A DNA stretch of 64,000 nucleotides, from positions 4,965,925 through 5,029,924 of the forward strand of contig OZ316896.1 in the NCBI GenBank assembly GCA_973895155.1, read 5' to 3'. The stretch comes from Marsupella aquatica. Lineage: Eukaryota > Plantae > Marchantiophyta. Position 1 is the stretch's first letter, and every line of letters starts with the position of its first letter. Shown in pieces: positions 1 through 12,400 of the stretch. The notes beneath the pieces are model-generated. The model was not told the DNA's origin. It searched no databases and worked only from the letters and a program-made list of their open reading frames with translations. Position numbers and translations under genes: made by a program.

Positions 1-670
1 CTCCATGTGCGTTGAGACCAATGCTTTCGAATTTCATCCTTCCCAGACATTGTTGAAACCGGTTTCGTCTGAAAAATACTGTGCAAGAGATTAGAGGCTT
101 GTGTTTATAACATGCATTCTTCCGCTGCATTCCCTTTCAATGTTGCGTTACTTGAGTGCTTTCTTTCATCTTACGAAATGCTATTACGGTACACCATCTA
201 AAACTGTGGCACATTTTGGATCGCATACCTTATTTACAAATGCAAATTAACAGACCGAATTGTCTCTCCCGTTTTTTCGAGAGTGGTGGTGCCATAGCAG
301 ACCTCATGTTTACTTCATGTTGTGCTCTGGGTTTCTTGCAACTTGGAAGCAGACGACAATTTCAACAAAATCTGAGTACCAGTCTTCTCCCTGCGACTGT
401 GAATGGGATTCAGTACACAGAAGACAAGTGTGGAGGCTTGTGTTAACCATTAACAAGTTTTGGTGCACATTTTGCAAGCAACCGACAGTGTTGTTGTCCT
501 AACATCGTCCACTACAAGCTTTCTGGCTACATAAATGCCGCTCAGGACTGTACCTACACGACATAGGTGCTCCACAATGGCAATAAAATTAATCAGACCA
601 GCAGCATTGATTCGTGCTAATGCCACTCAGCATGAAACTCTTATAACTTAGTAAAGAAATCGGTCCATGA

Positions 671-1006
671 TTGATACGTGTGTTCGTTGCGCCAAAGGAT
701 CATCCTCGAAGAGACGACTTGAGCTACAGTATCATTCTGATGGCTTGGACAAAGTCCGTCGTTTCTCATTCCTTCCTTCAAGCTTTCTTTCAGTCAATCA
801 AACGAGAAACATGGCACGCCCTGACTCAACCTGGCCAAATCAATGCCACGGACTTCGTACGGGCCATACTTCTCGCAATGCAATCTCTGCGCACCAGATT
901 ATTTTCTTTTTCTCCACGTTTTTCTTTCGTTTACTCCAGCGTGGAGAATGTCACCTTGTGGGAAGGGGAAGACGCTACGATTCCTTATCAAATTTTAATA
1001 GATTGA
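671..1006 (+). other. Unassigned 111-aa ORF, possibly the end of a gene or TE fragment entering from the left
   Basis: Protein-like composition (RVFVAPKDHPRRDDLSYSIILMAW...WEGEDATIPYQILID) but no motif I recognise. Confidence 0.2.
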
Positions 1007-1019
1007 TTTCTGGCAGCTA

Positions 1020-1390
1020 GATCTCGCTTTAGTAAAGGACAACAGTCAGATTTGGCTAACCGGGTCTGTTGTGCCGGGTGGCAAACAAAGACAAAAACCT
1101 GGCGCAATGGCCGAGACAATTTCTCTAGCTTTCATCCTTGAACTTTAGAAACAATCCCTAGATTTAAGGACAATAGCCAAAGTTTGGCTCGTGGGTTCTG
1201 TCAACTTCTCTAGCTTTGAACTTTAGAAACAATCCCTAGATTTAAGGACAACAGTCAGATTCTGGCTAATGGGTCTGTTGTGACTACTGTAGGTGGGAAG
1301 CGGCTAATCAAAGACAAAAAGCCCCATACAAAGCCCGACACAATTTCTCTAGCTTTCATCTTTGCATTTCATAAACAATTCTTAATTGAT
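1020..1390. repeat. Degenerate local tandem repeats
   Basis: Recurring blocks ctttagaaacaatccctagatttaaggacaa (about 1143, 1221), acaatttctctagctttcatc (about 1116, 1340) and aaggacaacagtcagatt (about 1035, 1244). Confidence 0.65.
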
Positions 1391-4300
1391 AATTGTGCAT
1401 GTACGTCCAATGTCGAGTTTGAGTATCGAAATAGATTACAAATGGAGGGAAAGATGTCTACTAGGAAATATCAATCCTTTGCCAAGAAAAAGCGGAAGAT
1501 AAGCGCAAGAGATATCCCACAACTTATAATCACAGGGTGGAGAATTGGGAAGTATTTACATTTGTAACAGGGGTGGCAATGAACGAATCCCCACCCTTCT
1601 GATTTTCTCAGTGTTTGAAATCAGATTGAATTCAATGTACAGTGGGGATGTAGGAAGAGGCAGCCAATTTTTTCCTCATTTTGGGAAACGAGGATGAGTG
1701 GCTACTTCTCCCCCTTCCCTCATAACTAAGGGTGGAGTTACCACTTGGCCCATGGAAGAGGCACCCACTCACATTTGTTTCCCAAATTAAATGAGAAAAT
1801 TGGTTGCCCCCTCCTACATCCCCATTACACGTACCGGTAGTGGGGAATGCCCAGCTGGGGATGATGATAGGCTCGGGCAACCAGTGTTCCAATCCCACCC
1901 AGCCTTTTTTCTTTTACACTGGGCAGCCCCATTAGCCATAATATAGTTTAGACAACAAATATTCACAGCATCTTCTCCTTCACATAGGTGACATTTGCCA
2001 CACTGGTCGAAACAAATCTTATAATTTTTCTGGTGGCCATTCAGTCAGTTGCAGCAATTTTTTTTGGTGGCAAAATTTTGCAAAATTAGTCCTTTCCAAA
2101 CAGTTTTCCCCACTTTTTGCAAAAAATGGCTAGGTTTCCTGTAAATCTCGCACCTGGCCACAGACCCCATTAGTCAGAATCTAAGGTTCATCTCTAAAGC
2201 TGGGGAGAACTAACCCTCTGAAAATAATCGAAGAAAATCACACAAGCAAATTAAAGGCATCTTCTCATTCACTGAGGCTTTCATTCGCCCACACTGGCGA
2301 AAACGAACAACGTTAAAGATTACCGTGGTAGTTAGTTACGTAGTAAATGTAAAGCACCGGGAAGACCGGGCAGGCTCTCCCGGGCATTACGGGCTGGGAT
2401 GAACTACTGGACAATAAATGAAGAAGGAAACGATATCGGGCATGGCTCTAATTTTGGGGGAACGGGAACGGGCAGTACAGAAGAAAGGCCGAAAGGGCGA
2501 TTTTCCTTTAGGGCAGCACAGCAAAACACAGCTAGACGCGAGCTGGATGTCGGGAAAACTTAATGCATGCCAGCTTGTCTGTATCCGACCCAGCGGCCGT
2601 GACCGTATGGACTCGTGCCACGTATCAGAGCATCTTGCCGGTTTCCGGAAGCATTCATTCTCTTCTGTTTCTTTTCTTTTCTAGTCTAGTTTTTTCCCTT
2701 GTTTGCTTGCCTTTATCTTTTATTTTTGGGTCTCCCAAAGAGAAAAGGACCAGTTTACAAAAAAGGGGCCAAACAAAGGTGGGTAGCTTTTAAGGTTTTT
2801 TCTTGTTTAGTCAGGGTGGCAAAGATTACTTGTGTGAAGGAGACGATGGTAAGGATATTTATTGCCAATTCAAGATGAATCTTTGACCATTGAATTTAAG
2901 GATAAAAGTTAGATCCTGACATGTTGGGTCTGTGGCTAGGTGGGAAACTGGCTCATCGTAGACACACATGTTGATTGGGACAGGTTACTCATTTCCGTGC
3001 CGCCCAAACTACAAGATTAGTGCTGACATTCACATGAATGTCTTCTGTTTTGTGAACATCATTCCTTGTTTAAAAAATATCCTCCCAATAGATCTTTTTG
3101 TGGCCCCTTTTTGCAAAAACTACTCTTGCTGAAAAAATGTCAAGTGCGACCTGAAGACAATGTCCACAATATCTTCCAACCCACCAGTGTCAGCCATTAA
3201 TTCCCCCCCTGGCCATGTATTTCTCGGAATTCTGATCATGCACATTGGTTGTGAGCGAGGGCGCTAGCCTTCAATGACAAACATAACCGATCAATATGGA
3301 CGAGCAAACCGACAAAATAATATCCATACAGATAGTATTTGAATTGAAGTCTCAAATATTCACTTTTCAAAAAACATTCATCACTCAACCAAATTTTCTG
3401 CCTCGAATACTTTATCAATACTGAGAGTAAGTTCTCAATAATGGCACAAGAGAACAAGCATTTTCTGCTGTTCCAGATTCGTGGGACAGACTAACAAACA
3501 AAAAACTCATTAATCTTTGGAATGACTTTCATCTGATTCCAAATCATTCCTAGTATTACTGTTGATTTTGTCACTGCTAAACTCCCTATCAGTTGACTCA
3601 GCAGACTCATCAACATATATCTTAACAAGACCCGCCTCAGCATCAATAAAAGGCAGGCGGAACAAATTCCCCAGTGCCATGATCTGACCTACGGCCTTTT
3701 CCTTCTTGGATTTTAATTACGCTGACCAACCACAATAACCGTAATATTCTGCAACAACTCCCTCACTTACAAGGGTGTTAACGGGAAGTAGATAGTTTTA
3801 TTGTTGACCAACCTAAACTTTGCTGTGTTTACACAATGCCCATATATATTTTGAGTCACTCAGTTTGAGATTCTGGCCAGCAAGATCACTATCCAAATAA
3901 GGGCCACATTTTCAACAGTAATATATTCCTAGAGACCAGATATTTCTGGCATATTTCAGATTGTTTCATCCCTTTAAATTCTAAAAGGGTATCCTTGTCC
4001 CACCTTGTTGACCATTGCATTTTCCCAAAGAGTGATTGAGCAAGTTGTGATATTCAAAAGATAGGTATCAACGACAAGGAAGGTCCATTTGTTTGACACT
4101 TAACATGTCTCGGATTTTGGCCCCAATTTTGGCTAGCGACATTGCTGGCCAAATCTAAGTAAAGTTTTCTAACGGTTTTGTGTTACTGCGTTAGGGTCTT
4201 GGGGTACATGACAATAGCTTGAAGTGTTTTTTGGGACTTGGGGATATGGGAAAGAGTGGTCTAAACCCAAGAAAAGAGATAGTATTTCAATTCCAAAAAA

Positions 4301-4841
4301 ATTAAGTTCGGACAATTCAGAGATTTTTGCTAGCGACATTGCTGACCAAATCACACTCAAGTTTCCAATGGTAATAGGTGACCAGATCAGGTAATATGTG
4401 ACCGAGCGGATCCCTTAAATGGAGTTCTGAGCTCTTAAAGCAGTTATTTTTAAAGGCACACACTTCTCCATTTTGGCTAACGAGATCGCTGATCAAATTT
4501 TCTTCCTTGTGTAAGCCCTATTTTCCATGAACTTATCCAAGAAAGAGACTAGAAACACCATGTAAACACATTGTTTACGTACTCAAAAATTGATAATATT
4601 GAATGTCTGTTTCCTGTAAGTCAATTTTTAATGAAATTCACATTGCTCTCCCGGGTTGCTCTCCTCCAAAGGGTTAGATAGTAATGAGATATCCAATCAA
4701 AATAACCCATATTTTACTCTCTAAATTTCCTCTACATATTTCATGTTACCCACCTCTTGAGTAATAATAGCAAATAGTGCTTAGCCAGTGATATTGCTGG
4801 CAATATGCCTCTTTGTGTGAGATTGTACCCATTGGACATTC

Positions 4842-4931
4842 TGTTGTTCTTCAACGTTTGCATTGAATCCCATTCGATCTAATTGATGGATTAGATCAAA
4901 TGGGATTCAATGCAAACGTTGAAGAACAACA
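4842..4931. repeat. 90-bp near-perfect hairpin (42-bp arms, 1 mismatch, 6-nt loop)
   Basis: tgttgttcttcaacgtttgcattgaatcccattcgatctaat-tgatgg-attagatcaaatgggattcaatgcaaacgttgaagaacaaca. Confidence 0.95.
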
Positions 4932-5449
4932 AAATTTTGCATCAATACAACCGCCTTTGGATATCTTTCTTGAGCTCTATTCAATGGCTGTGAGGGTCAT
5001 ATTCTTGCAAAGGAGCAATGGTGCCGGGCAATGGTGATGTTCTTCTATGAGAAAGATCGCCCGAGTGACCAAGTCCTATCTCCTGACAAGATTTGGGATC
5101 AAGAATGGTGACTTCATTTCAAGGCTGTTCGTCCTTGTTTCTGTTCATGGTTCTTGGAAGGATGAATTCATTCCGAGAACTCTCAATGGAGGAAGAGTTT
5201 GGGAGGTTGCATCTTGAGATACTTAGAGATGGTTTCTGGAAAGGATGAGGATCCTGAGTCCTTCCAGCACTTTCCCCACAGCCCTGGTCGAGGAGGGAAT
5301 GTTGAGATGATTCAGGGAGGTGTGTTTGTGGACCTCGACCTTGGGCTCGATGGGGTTTTGAAATATTGAACAAATTCTGCAGAATTGGTGCACTTGAGGC
5401 ATTCTTGAATATTCCTGGGGCCAGTGAGCTGGCAAGATCTAGAAGAGAC

Positions 5450-8260
5450 GTTGCCTAGGTTCATTTCCAGGTTGACCAACTTCCAACCTGACTTCCAACA
5501 AGTTACAATGGAGACAAGGTCTATGAGCTTCCTCCGGTGGAATTGAGATTGGTAGGGGACAAGGGCTTCTAGACATGGACTGTGATAATGATGGGTACCC
5601 ATGGACAAGATTGGTCACCATCACTACTAACCTGAAGCCATGGGACCACTGGCCTGTTTGCAAGTTAAGGTCTGTTGCACAGGTGTTGTTCAGTGTCAGA
5701 ATTTGAGTTGTGCAAAATCCAAAGAGACTAGTGTCAGGAATGAAGCAGCATTTCCAGGAAGGTCTTGTCTTATCAATTATGTCTTTGAGCCAAGTATCCT
5801 TCTCCCTGAAGGAGGTTTGGTTTGTGGGTTTTGTGATGAAATACCTTAATTTTGTGTTCAACCATGTCCTGCAAAGATGTTTCATGTGTACACAAAACCA
5901 ACTTTGGACTCAGACACATATATTGAAGCACATGATTGTCTTGACTTGCAGTGCACATGAGATTTCATGATCATCCGGTTTGAATGGGGAAGTGTGAAGT
6001 TGCCAAGAAGAAAGCAAAAAAAGTCATTCAAGGGGTTCAGATAGCTCATTCCCAAGCAACACCTTCCCGAGTGAAGAATGTTTCTATAGATACATGATGT
6101 TGCTTTTGCATCCCAAGGGATGCCAAGAGCTTTAGAAAGAAGAAAAGGTGGAATTGTGGGATTTGATGAAAGTTGTGTCATCACTGACCAAGTTCCACGC
6201 AATTTTCTGGAGCATTAAAATGGGAAATCCCAAGAAAGGCGAGCTGGATTCACTTTGTGGGATGCAAATTAACGCATGTGAGATTTCCCTTCCTTTAGAG
6301 GTTCATGTTCCTGGGACAGGCTGAGAAGTCCATTGTTTCGGACTCACATGTTCAAGATGAGTACCGGCAAGGGTCCTGGTTCAGGTGTTGACATCTCCAA
6401 TGATCGCATGCAAAGAGGAGGAACTTTAGAGGGAGCTTGCGTGAGTTTTGACGTGATGCACAGGATAACAACCGGTTGGCTAACTTTTAGTGCTCATCTG
6501 TATGATCACACATACTGCGCTCTTTGTACTGTAATCATTTGTGAATTGAAAGCTGGGGATGTTGAATCTTTGGAAACACCGTGGCGTTTAATGTTGGAGG
6601 TAGTAGCCAAGAACGGTATATGTAAGGTAGAGATAGCTGGTTTCATGGCTGATAATGCTGAAGCTTTATGGATTGTTGTGTCAAGAAATGTTTTCTTTGA
6701 ATGATGGTGTCCGGTTACCAGACAGAGAACATAGTGATGCATTCCAATTGTGGCAGTCCCTTAAACGTCATACTTAAGAGGGAATTCATGATGGGAAACA
6801 TTCTGAGCATTACAAGATGTGGGAGAAATTTAGGACCGCTCCAACATATATTGAAGCATACTGAGTACTAGACAAGATTCAGGAGTGGTGGAAATCCAAT
6901 AATTGTTATCCTGGGAAATTGAGATCTTTGCAAGGCTCAATTGCCTGGTGGGTTGTTCATTGGCAAGAATGGGGAAACCACTTCAGACTCGTAAGTGAAG
7001 ACCAAACCACTTTCTTTGACTAGCAAGGTCACTAGCATCCTTGCCAAGTTTGAATTTAGTGTTGGGACCTTTTTTGTGAATTCAAATGATTAAATTAGTT
7101 TTGTATAGGATATCAGACTCAGACAACAAGAGAGTTAGCGTCGATGCCAAATGGGTGCCAAATTGTACTGGAGCCAAATTTGTACACGCATAAATGAGAG
7201 CTTGCTTTAGCTGTCAAATGAAGAAGAAGATTGGATTGTTAGAAGCTTGTGAATTGGATCAAAATTGTGCTGGTGGACAGATTGTTGCCTTCACTGCATA
7301 CATTGATGGATGTCACAGGGGACATGGGCCAACCATATTTGAACTTGCATATAGGAATGGAGATACACTCAGATCCCTTGATGCTTTTGAGAACTTACAA
7401 TCTTTTGCTGGAGTCATCTCCAAAGTACGATTTCCATTGGATGCAACCACTTATCAGGGATCTTTGCAAAAAAGTCTGGAAAACAAAAAGGTCTGGCTTT
7501 GGCAAGAGTTGGTGCTGAAGATTCTCATTGACATGATAGGGTAATGCCGACCGAGTCGGTGAGCAGAGGTGACATCCAAGAAATTTATATTTGGATTTCA
7601 AAAGTGTCAAAGTGGTGGAAGACACAGAAGAGTTTGTGGAAACTTCTGAAATTCTCCATCCCTCAACATCTTCTAGAGGTTGAGCAGCTGTTTTGGATTC
7701 TCCATTGTGATTCTTCTTTCGGATAACCACAAAAATGGCACTGACCTCTTTGGTGATGTCTTCTAGAGGTTGAGCAGCTGTTTTGGATTTCTCCATTGTG
7801 ATTCTTCTTTTGGATAACCACAAAAATGGCACTGACCTCTTGGGTGATGACAGTCAAGAAATTCCAACACAATTGCCTCAAGAAGATCTAACTCCTCTTT
7901 GTCCAGGGGAGCTGATTCAGATCCGACTCCAGCAAATTCCTGCTGTACATGAAATGGACGTCCCATTTGGGACTTGGCTCAATTGCAGCTGAACACATGT
8001 CGATGGACACTCGGCCCCTACCATTCTCATCCTCACAGAATAGCAACAAATTCAAATTTTGTTCTTTGGCAGCGTGATATATATGACTTCATTGCTCTTC
8101 TCTGCTTGATGGTCCGATGGACAGAAGCCTCACAGTACAGTCCCTGCTAGAATGGCTGCACCATCATGGGCACGACAAGAAAGGGGTAGGTCACACAAAC
8201 CCTCGTTCCGGCCCTTAACCACAAGTGCTTTGGAAAGGTTTGGTAAAATCCAAACCTGCA
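5450..8260 (+). pseudogene. Decayed Mutator/MULE-like DDE transposase
   Basis: Fragments across frames: LPTSYNGDKVYELPP; a Cys cluster at about 5650-5720; FKMSTGKGPGSGVDI..RMQRGGTLEGACVSFDVMHR (first D); GFMADNAEA (second D); WWVVHWQEWGNHF; GT-AG intron at about 6991-7108; AYIDGCHRGHGP. Many stops and frameshifts. Family assignment is from recalled motif similarity. Confidence 0.7.
7669..7849. repeat. 90-bp tandem duplication inside the MULE remnant
   Basis: 7669-7758 is nearly identical to 7759-7849 (tcttctagaggttgagcagctgttttggatt...gcactgacctctt). Confidence 0.95.
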
Positions 8261-9499
8261 TCATATTTTACATGGCAGCACACGTCATAATCTGAGCTAG
8301 GGTATACAATTCTCAAATGAAGGGGTGTACATTTATCAATCCCCTAAAGGTAAGAGATGGTATCAGAATCTTGGTTGGATGTGAAATAGCAAAGTACCAT
8401 TTAATCTAAACCATGAGAAGGAGGTTCAGAAAGTGCTTCGAAGTCTCATGCAGCAGAAGGGTTTGCATAGGAGCGAAATTATAGTGATCCCTTCTTTTTG
8501 CTCGTGAAGCTGAAGTTCTGCCGAACTTTCTTGTTTCTATTTTGTAGAAAATGAAAAATCAAGGGCATCGCCATCACATTATAGATTCTCTCTTTGCTAG
8601 CTCCCTCCCTCCCTCCTATTTTCTGTCAGCTCCCCTCTCAGGCAGGTTTACGCCTATTGCCGAGTCCTGTGAAATGAGTGGAATTGGCAAACACGACAGC
8701 AGTGATATTACTCACTCGTCCGAGAACCTTTCATACTGAATTACAATCCACCTATTAACTGAAATCTTAACCCTTGCCTCAATCACGAGACGTGAAGCCC
8801 CCAATGCATATCTTATAATTAACGAGATCCACTATCAGCACATCAACGTATTGATGTTATATATATATATATATTGCTGAGGTTGAGAGTATTTCAAATA
8901 ACACATGCCATAGCATTAATTTTGATTCAGCAAATCCAACCATAGAATGCTGACGTATACACGACGCTATTGATATCTGCCATTCCTCCCCTTGCGGTAG
9001 GAGGAATTGAACCACTTAGAACCAACACATCGTCAGTAGATTGCACTTTTAAAGAACTGAGATTGAGAAGCAGTAAAGTAGCGGTCACAAAAGTTCTTCA
9101 GAGAAGACCCCAGAGCTCTGCCTGGTGATTACCTGTTTTCGATTACAACTTGGTTTGAATCCAAATCTAGAAGAATCAATGGAAAAATGTGAATATCAAG
9201 GGTCATTATACTTCCCAATCTAATGTGGGAAAATCTGGGAAAAAATGGAGTAACCAGTGCTTGGCAAAGGCCGCTGCTCATCCTTGTTCAACAACTATCC
9301 TACAAGACGAACCTCTCTGTGTTAACAAACCGCCACTGAATTGGTCTTCGTATGAACAAATGAACTACTCCGGGAATTGCACTGCGAGTGAAATATACAA
9401 AAAGTAGAAGATAGGAAGTGGAGAACTACGCACAAAACTGGGAGTTGCTTACGGGTTGAAATCTATTTGAACGCCTAATGATAACGAATAATGCCGAGG

Positions 9500-12400
9500 T
9501 CAAGATTTTGTGTGCCCAGTATTTCTCTTATGCCTGCTAAAGTCAGAGACAAATCGAAAAGTCTGATCACAATCTGGGCATACGTAGGGCCGTTCTCCTG
9601 TATGTACTCGGATGTGCTCTGTCCGTGCCCACGCCCACTTGAAGGCGTGTTTACACCCTTTCCAAGGACATTTCAGGGGCCGCTCATCCAAATGAACACG
9701 TCGATGCTGTAAGAGATATTTGTGCATAAAGAACCGTTTCCCACATCCCTTAAATGTACAACGATTGTTCTTGTGGATCTTCAAGTCAGATTCACTGGGG
9801 AAGGTCATTCGACACCCTTCGATATCACATTGGAATTCCCCGTCGCCTACTGCGGGTTTTCCGCTAGGTATCTTTTTCTTTTTTGGTTTTGCCTTTTTCT
9901 TCGACTTGATAACAACCTTTTCTGACTCGCAGCTCTCTTCATCATTTTCATCTTCTTCAGTTGTCAACTGATTCAGTCCCAAGCTCGAAAGAGGACCTGC
10001 CCAAAACCATCCATCAGGAATCAAACGCTTGAAAAAGTATGTGCAGATACGTCAAAATTTCAACACTGTTCCAGTGAACAATTCCAACATTATCTGATAT
10101 CCATGGAAACCAAAAACTCGCCGTGTCATATGGAGATCAGCTTTCATGCATGACAGGAAAAACTGAACAACTAGTGGTTTAGGTGAATGATCAAACTCAC
10201 ATGTGGGACTGATCTCAAGAACCCTGTCACAATCTTCCACTTCGAAGCGAGCCTCCACACATTCCTTGGGCTGCAGAGTGACAACTACAGAGGCACTCAG
10301 ATGTGAATGAGTTTCATGTCCCCAGTTCTCCAACGAGGTTTCCCCTGGCGTCCCGGATTGGGCTTGTTTATAATTTGTCCAGCCAACATGTTTGGGTCGC
10401 TTTCCCCTGGCCTTAACTACAGACCGTCCCCTACTAGAAGAGCGTAATGGCATAATATTTTCCATTGGAAGTTCCATTGCACTGCATCGCTCAATACAAT
10501 CTCCAAATCTCAGATCTCTACTCCCAACCAGGACGCCATCCTCCATCAGCGAGGGAGCAATGGAGAGAACCGGAGTCAATTCAACTGATTGGTTACTATC
10601 ATAAAAATGAGAATTTTGGGCATCCTGTAGATGCGCAGAGTCAGAATCAGTGGACGTGCTCTGACCTACGTCGGTATGATGTGCACGAAGCTGACCAGCA
10701 TTATCCAATCCCTCCGTTACTTCCGTAGTAAATTTCTCAATACCATCAGGTAGTCTGACAACATTTTTGATATCCTGCAGTCTCTGTTGTGGCCCATTTT
10801 CATAGACCACCTGTTCAGAGAAGCCTTGTGGGCGTTCAGGAGACTCACGTGACCGGGGACGGCAATCCTTCTCATTGGTACCTAAGACTCTATCTAGCAA
10901 CGATGGTATAACCGCCTCCATTGGACCGAGAAACTCATCCCTTAGGTAGACTGGTCTCATGTGTGGATCGTGCTTCCCATTGACTGCCACCAACTCTGAC
11001 GATGCAACGTGCTGTACAGAAGTGTCCATTTCAGTGTACATTGTGAATGGTTCCGGAGGAGACTTGGCCGATACTTTATGACTATCCGAGTCCAACCGTG
11101 CTTCGGCTGCTCCTCCCTCCGATATGTGCCCTACAATTTCCACTTGCAGCAAATGCACTTCTTGAAGCTTTCCTCCTCCCTGCTCACAACTGCCAAAAGT
11201 CTTGCTTGACCCACTGTACAATTCGTCGTGAGAGGTCTGAGACACCATGGTATGGTCAGACAGAGTCTCATTAGTAGTGACACTAACATTTGGTATGTAC
11301 AAATGACCATGAATGCTGTTCGGTGAAGGGAGGGGAATCTGACTGGGAAACTCTCCAGTAAAAGGAGTTGCGAGCGATTGGAGAGACCGCGAACAAACAA
11401 CAGGGACATCACGCCATACACATGATGCCGCATTGCCAGCAGCACATATCCTATTACCATCCAAGGAAGTTGATTTTGAAACTAGACTACTGTTAAATTC
11501 ATTCCTGCTTTTTACTGCCCTTCCAATAAATGGCAAAGCTGAGTATACGTTTGAAAGCGATGAGGTCTTGTGCCAACCATCGACATCCTCTGGAGTTTTT
11601 CCTGCCTTAGTTTGAATGCTTTTGAGTGAAATTGGAGATGGAGCAAGACGAAATTCAAAAGCATTCATATCTGTTACCGGCCGTGAGACGGATGGCAAAG
11701 ACATAGTGGCAGATAGCATGGTTTTCGTTTTGTCAATTGATCCACAGCATTCAGTTTCTCCAACAAGAGCTGCAGCAATAACACGATTAGCAAAATTATC
11801 AGAACTCAGAAGATCACTTCCTTTAAACTTACAAGGTACAATCAACTTACTGAAGAGCTGTGCCCTCTCCTTCAAGACATTGATGATGTACGAAAAACCC
11901 TTCTACTTCTCTCTTTCTTTGCAGTGGCCATCATCATGTTCATAGTTAGGACATACAAGAAACCTAACCTGTCCGGAACGTTGAAATACTAACCAACTGT
12001 ATCAACCGTGTCAATTACGAGACCTATCTGCTTAAGACTAATTACTATGTAAAATCGTGTCATTATCAGATAACTGGTCAACAGTAGGTCCCAAGAAGGT
12101 GAGTTATCGAGAACAGTACCTTCGGATTCCATATTTTTGTCGTTCAATCCGTTGATCCCGTCGTCTGGTTCCGATGGACGACGAGAAGGAAGGGGAATGG
12201 GAGATAGCAATTGAGGACCGCATGGATTAATGACATCAGATTTAGAAGATTGCGCGAAAGGCTCTGCATCTGATTGATTGGCAACACTGGGAGATACTTG
12301 CAACATAAGCTGACCCTGACATTCTCCAGCAGTGAAAACTTCTTCACTTCCGTCGATCGTGCCATCTAAACATTCTGAACCATCCCTGCTCTCTGCCAGT

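Noticed and set aside
1568-1932. Possible hAT MITE starting caggggtggcaatg
   Set aside because: No convincing matching right TIR or TSD.
8858-8874. (TA)n microsatellite downstream of the JmjC stop
   Set aside because: Short and ordinary.
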